A DNA stretch of 64,000 bases from contig OZ024742.1 in the NCBI GenBank assembly GCA_964016885.1, positions 157,666,001 through 157,730,000 of the forward strand, read 5' to 3'. This document shows, one piece after another, positions 26,983-40,201 of the stretch; positions within the stretch are counted from its first letter, which is position 1, and every line of letters starts with the position of its first letter. The DNA is from Eledone cirrhosa. Its lineage: Eukaryota. The notes under the pieces were generated by a model, which saw only the letters and a program-made list of their open reading frames with translations, ran no database searches and was not told where the DNA came from. Position numbers and translations under genes: made by a program.

Positions 26983-27076
26983 ACCCCTTGAGAAGATCGG
27001 CTATTTAAATACCAGGATAAATGTTCATTTAGTCCAGAATTAGCCGTCGAAACGGCTTGAGCTCAGCTGTCGGGGT
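26983..27076 (+). ncRNA. Hammerhead ribozyme, U3-A8 core variant
   Basis: acccc-TTGAGAA-ga(t)cggcta..tagccgtc-GAAA-cggct-tgagctc-agct-GTC-ggggt. Confidence 0.75.
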
Positions 27077-27186
27077 CTTACTGGTTCCTATTACCCACTC
27101 TACTACCTCAAGTATTGAGTACTTTGGTGCGTTATGGTCCACCTGGTTCCTTACCACATTTCCTTCGTTATATATATATATATATA

Positions 27187-27768
27187 GGGCGGGTAAAATT
27201 CCCAAGATCCATGATGGACGAGTTCTCTCCAGCGGTCTCTGTCCCTCATTATGGCTGCCATGTCCTGCGTCTCCAACAGACCAGTGTCTCTCCTTAAGAC
27301 ATCAACATACGTTAACCTTGGTTTTCCCCTTCCAGTATGTCCATGCAGGGACTCCAACAGGAGCACTGTGTGCAGTGTCAACGCTGGATATCGGTGAGCA
27401 TGTCCAGCTAACTTCAGTCTCCTCTGTGTCACTTTTGAGCTGACTTTTGGGATGCTCCCATACAGATCTGAGTGTTTCATCCTCAGTGTACACTGATTAA
27501 TGTAGGCGGGAATCCACTGGAATTAGTTGGGGACTTCCTGTATTTGGGAGCAAAGTTTGGGAATACGGAAGATGATATGGTTGAGAGGAAGAGCAAAGCC
27601 TGGGCGGCGTGCCACAGCTTGAGATCGGTGTGGGAGTCGGATCTTCATGAGGATCAGAAGATCCGCCTCTACATTGCTGTAGGGGAGTCGGTGCTGGTGC
27701 ACGGGTCTGAGACTTGGACACAGACCAAGAAACTCACTCAGATGGTGGATGCTACACGAGAATGCTGA

Positions 27769-27772
<4 letters not shown>
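27187..27772 (-). mobile_element. RTE-type LINE 3' fragment with inverted 5' part
   Basis: 27187-27497 (-) reads KVTQRRLKLAGHAHR..GRGKPRLTYVDVLRRDTG. 27498-27772 (+) reads DFLYLGA..RKSKAWAAC..VLVHGSETWT. Homologous to 61488-61950. Confidence 0.9.
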
Positions 27773-27808
<36 letters not shown>

Positions 27809-28110
27809 GTGGGAAAGTGAAAAATCGGAGAATAGACCGTTAAAACATGTTTATTGAAAATATCACCTACGTACGTTTCGCCCAGTTTCGATACGTAAAT
27901 ACTATATATATATATATATATATATATATGCATTATCAATTGCGGATATGCAGAATATTGTTAAGTTGCATATTTGTACAAATATAATAGTAATAATAAT
28001 GATGAAGGCAATGAAAATAAAATAAAAAGAGGAATTAACTTTCACATACATGTTCATTCATAGAAGTCATTTCTCTGTGTCCGCCCTACTCTGCTTATAG
28101 CTTGGTTGTG

Positions 28111-28224
<114 letters not shown>

Positions 28225-28251
28225 ATATATGTATATATATATATATATATA

Positions 28252-28728
28252 TTGGTAAACGGAATAGAAAATGCTGACAAATTGTTCACAGTTGAAAAAT
28301 GGTTTAATTAGGAATAAAAGAGTATTAGTGATTGTATGGGTTAGTATTCAGTTGTGGTTTTAAGTTTTTAAGTTTTTACCGGTTGCGCATTTCTAAATGC
28401 TTTTCAAAAATAATTTTGAGATATAGTGTCCGTGCTGTTTGCTCTGATCTGATTAGTTTTGGGAATTCTACCTGTTTTTATGTTAAAAAAGTGGCTCCAG
28501 CGTTATTTTTGTGTTGCAAAAATGCTTGTGGTCAAAACAATTTTGATTGGTCGGTAGAGGTCATGTGAATGTAAAAAGTTGATGTTGCGCCAAGACTGTT
28601 TTTATGTTAAAAAAGTGGCTCCAGCAAAAATTCTTGGTTGGTCAAAACAATTTTGATTGGTCGGTAGAGGTCATGTGGATAAAAAATTGGTTTTGCGCCA
28701 AGATTGAGAAATGACTCTTTCACAACAA

Positions 28729-28777
<49 letters not shown>

Positions 28778-29246
28778 TGTGTGTGTGTATGTAGTAGTAG
28801 TAGTAAGGTGTTCGATGCTGCGACAATGGCCAGCAGGGATGTGTGTCAAATGGCTATTAAGATAAGTGTGTGTGTGTGTGGGTGTGCGTGTGTGTGTGTG
28901 TGTGGGTGTGTGTGTGTGTGTGTGTGTGTGTATAGCAGAGTAATTCGATGGTCAGTAAGAATGTGTCTGAAAGCAATGGGGGGGTATTTTAGCATGTCAA
29001 AAGATATTTTTCAGCTTTTGTCTTATACGGAGAAGTGCGTGTGTGTGTGTGTATAAGTCTCTTTGTATGTTGATGTACGCGTGTGTATGTGTTTGTGTAT
29101 ATATGTGTGTGTGTGTGTGTGTGGGTGGACAAGTATGTTTTTCCCCCTGGTAAAATGGTGTACATTATTCGATTTTTTCAGTAGAATCGCTTCTCTTAAT
29201 AGAACATCAAAAATCTTAACAATAAAAGGTGTGAATGATATTCACT
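28252..29246. mobile_element. ~1-kb non-coding interspersed repeat (second copy at 50780-51742), with an internal ~120-bp duplication and (TG)n tracts
   Basis: Near-identical sequence from ttggtaaacggaat to gatattcac at both loci, each flanked by TA tracts. Confidence 0.85.
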
Positions 29247-29271
29247 ATATATATATACACATACATATATT

Positions 29272-29320
<49 letters not shown>

Positions 29321-29455
29321 TATATATATGCACATATATTTTTTTGTATTGCACCATAGAGCATGTGTGTTTACGTGTGTCATTGTGTTTATAAGTGGTA
29401 GAGATGTGTGCTGATGTAGGTATGTATGTTGACGTGTGTATGTTGTGGGTTCGTC

Positions 29456-30186
29456 TTAGGGAGAAGTGTTTAGATGGGGTCCGTATTTGTTAATGAAGTA
29501 AGATTCCTTACTGATGCGCTGGGTGTGGGTGGCATTATCTTTAAATTTGTAGAGGGGAAAGATTCTGAAGTTGGGATGATTTTGGGCGGCACAGGTATCA
29601 ATGTGTTCACTCAGTGGTATTTTCCTGTATTCCCATATTTTAATTTGGGATCTATGGACAGTCATGCGTTGGCGGAGGCTATTTTTGGTCTGGCCTATGT
29701 AATGTTCTCGACAACCTGAACAAGTTAATACATATATTAGATTTTCCGATGCACATGTGAAATTGTGTTTTACTATAAAACGTTATCCATCTTTGAAATA
29801 GAATTCCGAACCCTCTATTAGGTTGATGCAAATTCCACAGTTGGGTCTATCGCATTTTTTTACTGTGGGTTTCGTTGTTGTGGTTGGCAGTAATTTGGCA
29901 TGTGTTAAGATGTTTTTCATTGACTTGGATTGACTTTTGCTCTTTATGATATCGTGTGTTCGTAGAATTTGGTTCATTCTATGGTCCTTTTTCAATACAG
30001 GGATGTTCTGGAGGATGGTGTCAAAGGCCTCATTGTTGAGGGGGTTGTGTGTGGAGATGTATGGAAGAGCTTTTAGTTTTGGTTGATTTACTTTAGGGTG
30101 TCTAAGGTCCTGGGTACTGAGTTTTAGGGCACGTTGGATTCCATTGACAATTAGTGATGCAGGGTAGTCCCTGCCTATGAGTGTGT

Positions 30187-30188
<2 letters not shown>
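29456..30188 (-). mobile_element. Penelope-like element GIY-YIG endonuclease fragment (second PLE lineage)
   Basis: KKCDRPNCGIC..FTCASENLIYVITCSGCREHYIGQTKNSLRQRMTVHRSQI..RISKESYFINKYGPHLN. Confidence 0.85.
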
Positions 30189-30235
<47 letters not shown>

Positions 30236-32049
30236 TTATATATGAAAGATCATAAGTGTAATTTTGAACTACCTGTCAGACTTATAGCTTCATCTAAATC
30301 TGAGTTAGGTATTATTAGTAAAAATATCTTCGACAGAATAATACCACTTCTAAAGTTTCGATCCCAACTAAAATTAAACCTTAAGTCTGGCCGTTACTGT
30401 CCGTTCAATAAATTAAATGAAAACCTTAATTATGTTAGCTTCCATTCAAACCACAGAGAAAGGTTTAAAAGGCTATACTTAACAGCGTTCAGCAAAGAAT
30501 CTCTAGACTCTCAGCTAATAAGGACATTGTTGATGAGGCTAGCAGGTTACCTTGGTAACATTGAATGTATAGATAAAAGATACTTATACACATACATCTT
30601 TTGACAATATCCATAGCATAAACCAGAGAACAATATCAAATCAATCATATAATAGATATAACTCCTATAAAACCAATAAGCATAATACAAAAATCCGTTC
30701 TCGCTCTATTTTATGATTCTCTGAACTACTATCGCTTGGAATCGGGAAAACTTTAGCCCACTTATTCTTCAATGCTCTTGATAAATGCACCCCCCCCCCC
30801 CCAAAAAAAAACGCATACTTATAGTAGAATTGAACTCTCATACTCAACCTGTATGAATGAATATTGTCCAACATATAGCTAAAGTAAATAATAAAAATCT
30901 TGGAACTATTCATGTAGAATTAACCCCTAACGATAATCGACCAATCATTAATAGTATAATCAACTCCCTGATTAACACCAATTATACCAACAACTCGAAC
31001 TATGAAAATAGAATGGCATAATCAAATAAGAGCGGGGGTAATTGCAATTGTAAAAATAGTTACACTTGCTCATTAAATAAAACCTGTCTTCACCGTAAAC
31101 TAATTTACAAATGTCAAAGCAAAAGATAAGTATAATACTTATATAGGTGCTACTTCCTCTAAATCTTAGGAAAGTTGGTATAATCACCGCCACATGAACG
31201 TTTAAGAGAGAGAATAAGAGATTTAGTACTGGCTTATCTGAATTAATTTGGTCACTTAAAAATAAAAATATAAAATATTTTCTTTCTTGGCAAAAGCTCT
31301 CTAACGCTTTACCTTATATAAATTATTTCATTTCTAAATGTTGTAACTGATGTACCACTAAAATTCTTTATATTCTTAAGTATAGAAAATTAATTATTAA
31401 TAAATAACTTAAAATATGTAATTCTTGCCTCCACTGTTTTTCAAAATCGTTCCATAGAATCTTTAGTTAAGTTTCAAATTGGTTTACATAATTAATAGAA
31501 ATTGGTTTATATATAGTTTTAAGTCTTACCTCTACTTATTCTTGAATACATTTAAAATTTTAATTAAATGTTATATATTTAAAAAAAACAATAAGATTAT
31601 AAGATAAGTATTATTCCTTTATATTTAATTTTTAAATGATTTTGTATTCTCTTTAAAACAACCGAAACTACATGACTAAAGAATTTAAATACTTTTTCCC
31701 CCGTTATTTTTCTCCGTTATTTTCTCCGATTATTTTTTTCTGTCTTATAATCTTCCTTCAGTGTAATTTAGGTTGTATCTAAATGAATTAATTTTAACAG
31801 AGATTGATAAATTCGGCTATACTAACCTTTTTTTTCATTATAAGTAATTATTCTATGTTTTAATATCATCTATTTTAAATAACATTGTTGAATTGATAAT
31901 TCTTAACATAGATAATTAGCTCCCTTCTAAAATAAATAATGTATCACCTCATATTAAAGCATACTTAACAATATATAAAAAAAAATAAAGAGAATCATAT
32001 CAACTATTAAATACTTTTCTATTCATTAATTTCAACATCTAAATATAAA

Positions 32050-32225
32050 TATTTGTTTCTACATTTTGCACAAGTACAGCAATTATCCCGGTGTATTACT
32101 TTTATCGACCCCGTAAGGATGAAAGGCAAAGGTAACCTCGGCGGTATTTGAACTCAGACCATAAAGGGCCGGAACTCTTTGCTGCAAAACATGGCGTCCA
32201 ACCATATACCGCTACTGCCAATCCA
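32050..32225 (-). mobile_element. tRNA-derived SINE
   Basis: Same family as 21453-21616. Confidence 0.8.
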
Positions 32226-32736
32226 AAATATAAATCATAAAGGATAGCTTACATGAAAATACTATAATCCGAATTCTTTCCCCTTTATTATTATGTCTCC
32301 ATAATATTATTCCTGTCTTAACGGAATATATTTTACTGATACAATATATACTTTCGATTTAATATCTATCTATAATGATTATAAGCAAAGTTAAGGCTGA
32401 ATGACGGTAAATTTTTCTTTTGTTTTTTTCTGACCAATCTAATTATGCTATATTTTATATAATTTATGAGACGTTTAAACCAACTGTAATTTTTCACCCA
32501 ATCACGTAACCGCCTTTTGTGATGAGGTTTTTCTAGTCGTATGTTTGGTGGTCACCGATCTGTCCAGGGTGTTTGTCTCCCAGCATATCATGAAAATGAA
32601 AAAATTATACATTTTCTATGTATTTTGTCTGAAGAGGGCATATTTTGCTTCATGTTATACATAAATAAAAGTTTGCATCTTCGAAATATGTATAGTGAAT
32701 AAATAGAGATGATATTTATTACTATTATATATATGA

Positions 32737-32785
32737 GCTTCCTGATGATTTCTCCCGAATGAAATAGTTCTAGTCCTGTAGAAGC
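32737..32785 (+). ncRNA. Compact type I hammerhead ribozyme
   Basis: gcttc-CTGATGA-t-ttc-tccc-gaa-t-GAAA-tag..ct-GTA-gaagc. Confidence 0.7.
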
Positions 32786-32889
32786 CCTTCTATATTAAAT
32801 AGTTATAATCTGCTTTGTATTGAGAACCTTATTTACTGTGGTTACCCCCGATTGAACCCGGGATAAACTTATATATATATATATATATA

Positions 32890-35800
32890 TAGCGAAAGAG
32901 TGAAGAATAACATGGTCAACGGTACAGAAAGTGTTTTATTTACAGTATTAACAATTGTTTCATTGACTAGGGTGACTAAAATTTGCTAATCATTTAAAGT
33001 TGTGTCACTCAATTTTAAATACAATGTATGCCTAATCAAATCATCAGAATAACTGATTCAAATTATACACGGCGTTTGTAATATACTAGGAAAATTCAAA
33101 TCACAACATCAGTTATAAAGAAAGAAAAAGAAAAAAGAAAAAAGTAAAAAGAAAAAAAAGAAGAAGAGAGAGAGAAAAAATAAAATAAAAAATAATAAAT
33201 AATAAATAAATAATAATAAATAAGTTAGAATAAAGATGATAAAAATAAGTTAAAAAAATATATATGTGTGAAAAAAAGTGAACATAATATGATTGTTAAA
33301 AAAGCTGTGGTGGTGGTTTAGAGTATAAAGATGTGATGGTATAAATATGAAAATATTAAATATATACATATATGTATTTGTTAAATTACAGAGGATTATA
33401 TTATGAAGAAATGGTACAGTGATAAATAAAGGATAAATTAATAAATTGGAAGTTACGTGAAAGGTGGAAAGAACATGATAGGATATAATGGAAGAGGTGA
33501 AATAGTTTCAGGGAAAGAGAGTGAAAGTAAGAAAGGTTAGGAGATTACGATGTTGATTCAGTGATTAGTTGATCTATTGACAGTTAATAATATGGGTTAT
33601 TATAATAGACTCTAAGTTTGAATTATCGGATTGTTGGATTGAATCATGTTGGTTTGAAATTAACGAATTTAGTAGCTGCTTTATGCGTACAGAAAATTGA
33701 CCGTTCTATTTTGCTGTTAAACAGCATTTTGTCATACGTTAAAATATGGAGCAACTCCATATTGCTAAGTCCGCAGTGGGACATTTCATTTCTGTAGGCC
33801 TTTGTCCCCGACAGTTTCGACCAGCTAATCCCGTATTCTTGGTTTGTATCCTTAAGCTGCCAGATTTTATTGGGGAGCATTGTTGTGTTCATTAGTCTAC
33901 GGTTGTTTATAGCTTGTATGTGAACGTACCATATCTTTTTTAACTCCCCAGCCGTAGAACCTATGTAGTACCATGCTAAGTTGCCTGAATTTATAGTACA
34001 CAGGTACACTATATTTGACTCCAGGCATCTATTGTGTAGTGAGCACTTATCCGGTAAGTGACAGTTACATTTTGAGGCCTTCCTGTGTGCCGGTTCTTCG
34101 ATGCGGTTTTGTATGTTGTTATGTATGGGTTGAGATTTGGGTTTGTTGATGTTTTGTTGGGATGCGTTCTGACGTGTGTGTGGTTGCGAGGTTGTGTTTG
34201 TGTTTTATATTTGGTGTTATGGTGTTTGTTTGTAGGTTAATTTCATTAGAGATTATTCTATAGTTAATTTTCTTTATGTGTGATTCTTTGTTGGCTGCAG
34301 TAGAGTAAGACGGTTTGATATTTTTTCTATTAAAGATTTTATCGTATTTGTGAAGTTTAGGGAAGTGCTTGTCAAAGAATGTAGAAGCTAGTTTGGTTTT
34401 TATAGAGGAGTTAAATATTGGATTGAACTATAAGTATTTCCTATCTCTGGATTTTCTATAGTTCCTGGGGGTCCTTATATTAGTATTCGGTTCATTTATT
34501 TCTGGTGCTCGTTGTCTATTTCTATGTTTAGTTCTATATTTGCTATTTCTATAGGTGTGGGTGATGTTATTGTTGTTAGATGTGTTGTTGTTGTTTGTAT
34601 CTGGTATGTATTTGAGCCTCTCCTTGTGGCCTGCCCTACGTAAAGCTATGTTGTAGTAGTTCACGTGTACATAAAAATCTCTAGGTTAGAAGATAAGCGT
34701 GAAATTCTAAGGGATACACTATGTGCAGTTAATTATGGAGCGAAGGTGGTTTGAGCTAATGTATTCGTTATTTTTATGGAAGGGCTCTATTAGTCCTGTG
34801 TTTAGATTGATTGATACATCTAAGAAGTTAGCTTTTTTTAGAATTAAGTTCGAAAGCGATGCCTCGTTTATTGAAGAAGATTCTAATCTTTTTCCGTAAT
34901 CTTTCCAAGTTTTGATTATTTAGGTTTTCAGCTTAAAGGAGTGTATCGTCTCTATAAACTCCTCCTTGGAGGGTATCAAGTTCCTTATGTAAGATATGGG
35001 CTATATATATTCCAACTATGTCTGTTACTTGAGCTGAGTCGTTAGTTCCCATAGTGATATCAATGTTATTCTGTCTGTTTTTTTCTTTCCCAGTAACTAT
35101 TATCGAACCTAATGATAGTTCTTCTAGCAGCTAGTATTATTCTAATTTCATCAGAGGATAGGTCCCAGTTTTTCTCTGCAAAGGTTAGTGCTTTATTTAG
35201 GGTGACTGGAGAAATAGAGGAGTAGCAGTCATTAATGTCAAACTGTATGAAGTCAGATGTTTTCTTATTGTCTATTTGGTTAAACCAATCTATTTCGTTA
35301 ATGGTACCACAAAGCTTAATTATTAGTTTGTATTTAATTTGTGCTATTATTCTATCTAGTATATACTTGCTAATTATACCTATATCCGATTTCGATGGCC
35401 ATATTAATCTAATAGTAGGGTCAGTTTCGAAGTTATATTTGTGATCCTTCAGATTAACTGTGAGTCTACAAAGGGTCAGAGGTGCGGTTCTATCACATAT
35501 TTTCAGTTTTTTTACTATGTTAAGTCCTTCCTTATTTATGTTAGTGAGTGTAGATTCAGTAGTTTTCTTGTATTTATTGTGTAATTCACGGCGTATAAAG
35601 TTATTGTATGTATTAAGGCTCAAGGTGTATACGTTTGATGTTTGGTCCGCTTTTACTATAATAGCGTTGGTGGTACGTAGTATTTTTATTAGTGCATTGA
35701 CGTTGTTTTGCAGGTTGTTGTAATGTGTCCATTTTTTTAAATTTGGTTCTGTTTATCATGTTCATGGGGTCAAGTTTGAAGGCATCATATTGGGGGTTAT

Positions 35801-35910
35801 TCGGTGTTTTTTTTAGCAGGATTTGAAACCGTATTCTTCACTAGTAAATTCCTCATTTTTATTATTAGTATGTCCTTTATCGTAGTGATATGCTTTCCAT
35901 CGGATTCTAT
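32890..35910 (-). mobile_element. Penelope-like element, ~3 kb, frameshifted (RT core, GIY-YIG, 3' UTR, HHR)
   Basis: LKDHKYNF..IRLIWPSKSDIGIISK..FIQFDINDCYSSI; DITMG..LYRDD-like region; WYYIGSTAG..CGLSNME. Motif style as in Naiad-like PLEs (inference). Confidence 0.9.
32946..33051 (-). ncRNA. Type I hammerhead at PLE 3' end
   Basis: rc: tatt-CTGATGA-t-ttgattagg..cctagtcaa-t-GAAA-caatt-GTT-aata. Confidence 0.8.
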
Positions 35911-35955
<45 letters not shown>

Positions 35956-35994
35956 TCGAATCCAATGGAAAGCATATCACTATATATATATATA

Positions 35995-36721
<727 letters not shown>

Positions 36722-37054
36722 ACACATATATGTAGGTGTACTGCATAAACAGAATCTGAAAGCGTTTTGAGATCTGTTCCAACATTCGGGCCTATCTGAG
36801 TTCAAATCCCATTGAGGGGAACTTCGACTATCATGTTTTCGTGAGCAATAAAACAAAGTATCAATCGATAACTGGGGACAATTCAACATTTATATCACTT
36901 TCTCATATCCTTTCTATCACACTCTCTCATTTGGTGGAAGAAATCAGCTGTGCTCCGTCTTGGAGGAGAGATGGACTCCGACAGTTTTAAAATAATGAGC
37001 GTAGTGTGTCACTACGGTGATCCTATGCATCTGACAACATGAATTACAACACAC

Positions 37055-37084
<30 letters not shown>

Positions 37085-37085
<1 letters not shown>

Positions 37086-39423
37086 TTCGACTCCTTTCTC
37101 TCCTTCTTCTGCTCCTTCCACCCCTCCCTCCACTTCCCCACCTTTATCTCCACCACCCACGTCCACTTCTTAGACATCTCCGTCGCCTTCGACCCCTCCC
37201 CTCACTCCCTCGTCACCTCCGCCTTCTTCAAACCCACCGACTCCCACTCTTACCATGACTTCACCTCTTCCCACCCCACACACACTAAACACTCTATTCC
37301 ATACTCCCAACTCCTCAGGATCCGCCGCCTCAGTAGCCGAGATGCCGACTTTGAGTCCCTGGCCCTTTCCCTAGTCAGCCATTTCATCCGCAGAGGTTGC
37401 CCTCTCTCTCCTCCACACCGCTCTCACCCGCGCCCGTGCTGTCCACCGTTCCACCACCCTCACCCACGCCACCACACACCCACCCACCGTCTCCCCTTCC
37501 CCATCACCAACACCACCACCTTCCAGGGTCCCAACGGCCACTCTCTCTCTGTCCGGCATGCCTTCCGCTGCACTTCCTCCAACAGACTGGACGTCGCCTG
37601 GAGGACAGATTTACTGAGCACCTCCGGGATATTCGTCTCGGTGGTAGTTCCCCCATCGCCCGCCACTTTGGTACCCCTGGACATTCCGCAGGCCATCTCA
37701 CAGTCTGTGGCCTACTCCAATGCCACGGAACACCCGCCAATCTCCTAAGAGTTGAACAACGAACCATCTTCATCTTACAGACCCACACTCCCTCCGACCT
37801 GAACTCCCCACCCTTATTCCTTTAGCCTTCGACCGCCCCCCTCCCCCCACATATATCCCCCACTAACACCACTAACACACCCCTCCTTTTCACCGCCCAC
37901 CCCACAACTAACAATACTAACACCTCCACTCCACCCCACATCCGACCACCCTTCCCCAACTAACATACTAACCTCTCTCCCTTCTTCTCCCCCCCTCCTT
38001 ATCACACGCACACACCCACCGGCACATATATACACGCACTCACACTAAACACACACCCTACTACCACCACTAACCCTCACCCCCACACATCCACCCCACC
38101 ACCCTGCAACTAATATCACTAACACCCCCTGACCCCAAGCACACGAACACACTCACCCACTTACACCACCCACCCTACACGCAACTAACATCACTATACA
38201 CCTCCCAGCCCTACGCACACGTACACACACACCCTCTTACACCACCAACTCTACACACCCTACCACCACTGACCCCCACTCACACCCGCATTCAACCCTT
38301 TCTCGACCTCCTGTATACTAACACCCACTAACACCCCCTTCACCAAACACACACACCAGTACACCACACTCCCTGCATCGACCCCCACACCCTTCTCTTC
38401 CCGCTCCACCCACACCCTTTCTCAAACACTCACTCATCCCACTAACACCTCTGCTAATACACACACACCCCCTCATCACTCCAACTTTCACACCTACCCA
38501 CCCTCTCCCCTTTACCATTCCACCCTACTGCTGCTATGCCCCCTGACCACCTCCCCGCACACACAGACACACAAGACATCTCCACTCACCATTCTACACC
38601 ACTGCTGCTATGCCCTCTACAGACACACAACACTCCTCCTGCCTTGACCACTTGCTGTTCCGCGCGCACCCCACCTCTCCCCTCTTCCGACCAATCTCTT
38701 CACGGATTACACGTAACTGAACCTTGATTCCGGAATCAACTACGATCCTAGGATTTTACCAAGCATTCCACCACATCTTCTTACGGAATCACCTTTATGA
38801 CTCACCCACACACACACCCCAAAAAATTATTTTTCCCACGCGCCACCTACACCCACAACACGCTTAAACACCACACACACACGTGCGTTCCACCACATAT
38901 TTACACATTCAGCCTCCGGATTCCTCTCCCCCACCCCTCTATCCAAACACGCACACACACTCCGACCCACACCCCACACCACACACACCTCTTCCTGAAC
39001 ATGCAACCCCGTTCTTCCCCCAACCCTTGCTTTCACATACACAAACACACACACGTACACCTACACACACACACCACCTTCAGCCCTCCCCGCTCGGACA
39101 CCCCGTTTCCCTCTCCCCACTCCACCCGCCACCACCCCTACACGCCCCACACCCTTCCACCACCTGTTTTACCCCATTTTAATTTTATTTTGATCATGCC
39201 TTTATTTTTAATTTTATTTGCACCGTTTCCTCTCACCCCCTTTTTGCTAAATGTCTCTCCACCACTCCCCTACACACCCTTTGAACTCTCTTCCCACACA
39301 CTTTTCACCTGAAGAAGGGCTTATGCCCGAAACGTCGTTCCCCACCACAACCCACTCTCAAGAGCGTGAAATTAATAAACATTCGTTGTACTGACTCTCT
39401 GTTTTGTTCCTGTTCAATTGTTC

Positions 39424-39425
<2 letters not shown>
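37085..39425 (+). mobile_element. GC-rich Penelope-like element (RT end, GIY-YIG, long C/A-rich 3' UTR, minimal HHR)
   Basis: VHFLDISV..FFKPTDSHSY..SSHPTHTKHSIPYSQLLRIRR; QTGRRLEDRFTEHLRDIR..PIARHF..EQRTIFILQTHTPSDLN. Confidence 0.88.
39309..39340 (+). ncRNA. Minimal hammerhead motif of PLE type
   Basis: CTGAAGA-a-gggc-ttat-gccc-GAAA-cgtc-GTT; stem I not evident. Confidence 0.65.
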
Positions 39426-39513
<88 letters not shown>

Positions 39514-39533
39514 ATATATATATATATATTATA

Positions 39534-39564
<31 letters not shown>

Positions 39565-39864
39565 AGATATATATATATATATTAGAAAGTGAGTTTTTTT
39601 TACAAAAGGAAAAATAACTGAGGTGTCCTACACGAGCGAAAGTATAAAGAAAAAAAGATGATATATATATATATATTCGTTCGTTACTTTGGTGTATATA
39701 TTGCGTGTTAGATTCCCCTACCACAATGTTAGATTTGCTAGCTATTTAAAGGTATGTTATTACTCTAAGGCCACAACTTATCGAGTGCTTTGCTAACACA
39801 TCATTTGATATAAGTAGGCCGAATTTACTTGCAAACCGCCAGAGATTCGATTTTACTATTTTCC

Positions 39865-39942
<78 letters not shown>

Positions 39943-39969
39943 ATATATATATATACATGATATCAATAA

Positions 39970-40201
39970 TGTTTCATACACTTCACTTATATGCGCGTGC
40001 TTATGTTATGTTTCGGGGTCCAGTTATGGTCAGCACTGTATAATGGAGGAGCCGCTTTAATGCTGTACTCTCAGCGGGTGCTAGGACAGAGAGTTTGTCC
40101 TAGCGCCCGATGGGAGTCCAGTAATGGAGCGGCTCCTTCACTGTACTCTGTTATCGATAAATGAACCCCTAAAACCAAACGCGCGTATACATGTATGAAA
40201 C
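39970..40201 (+). repeat. Long imperfect foldback/hairpin (core ~40046-40139)
   Basis: ggaggagccgc..tgctaggaca-gagagtt-tgtcctagcg..gcggctccttc, with weaker outer arms ending at gtttcataca/tgtatgaaac. Confidence 0.8.

Larger units (their letters stand above)
25875..27170. mobile_element. Non-coding inverted-repeat element (arms ~25875-26218 and ~26745-27090) with one variant hammerhead per arm
   Basis: Near-identical ~345-bp reverse-complement arms flanked by (TA)n; the right arm extends ~80 bp further. Confidence 0.9.
30242..32870 (+). mobile_element. Decayed, internally deleted Penelope-like element with 3' HHR motifs and a SINE insertion
   Basis: MKDHKCNFELPVRLIASSKSELGIISKNIFDRII; broken GIY-YIG (YYTYIGATS) at ~31100-31450. 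Confidence 0.7.

Noticed and set aside
32629-32700. ctgaaga..gaaatatgtata motif similar to the 47590 HHR
   Set aside because: Stems I and II are poorly paired; at best a decayed copy.
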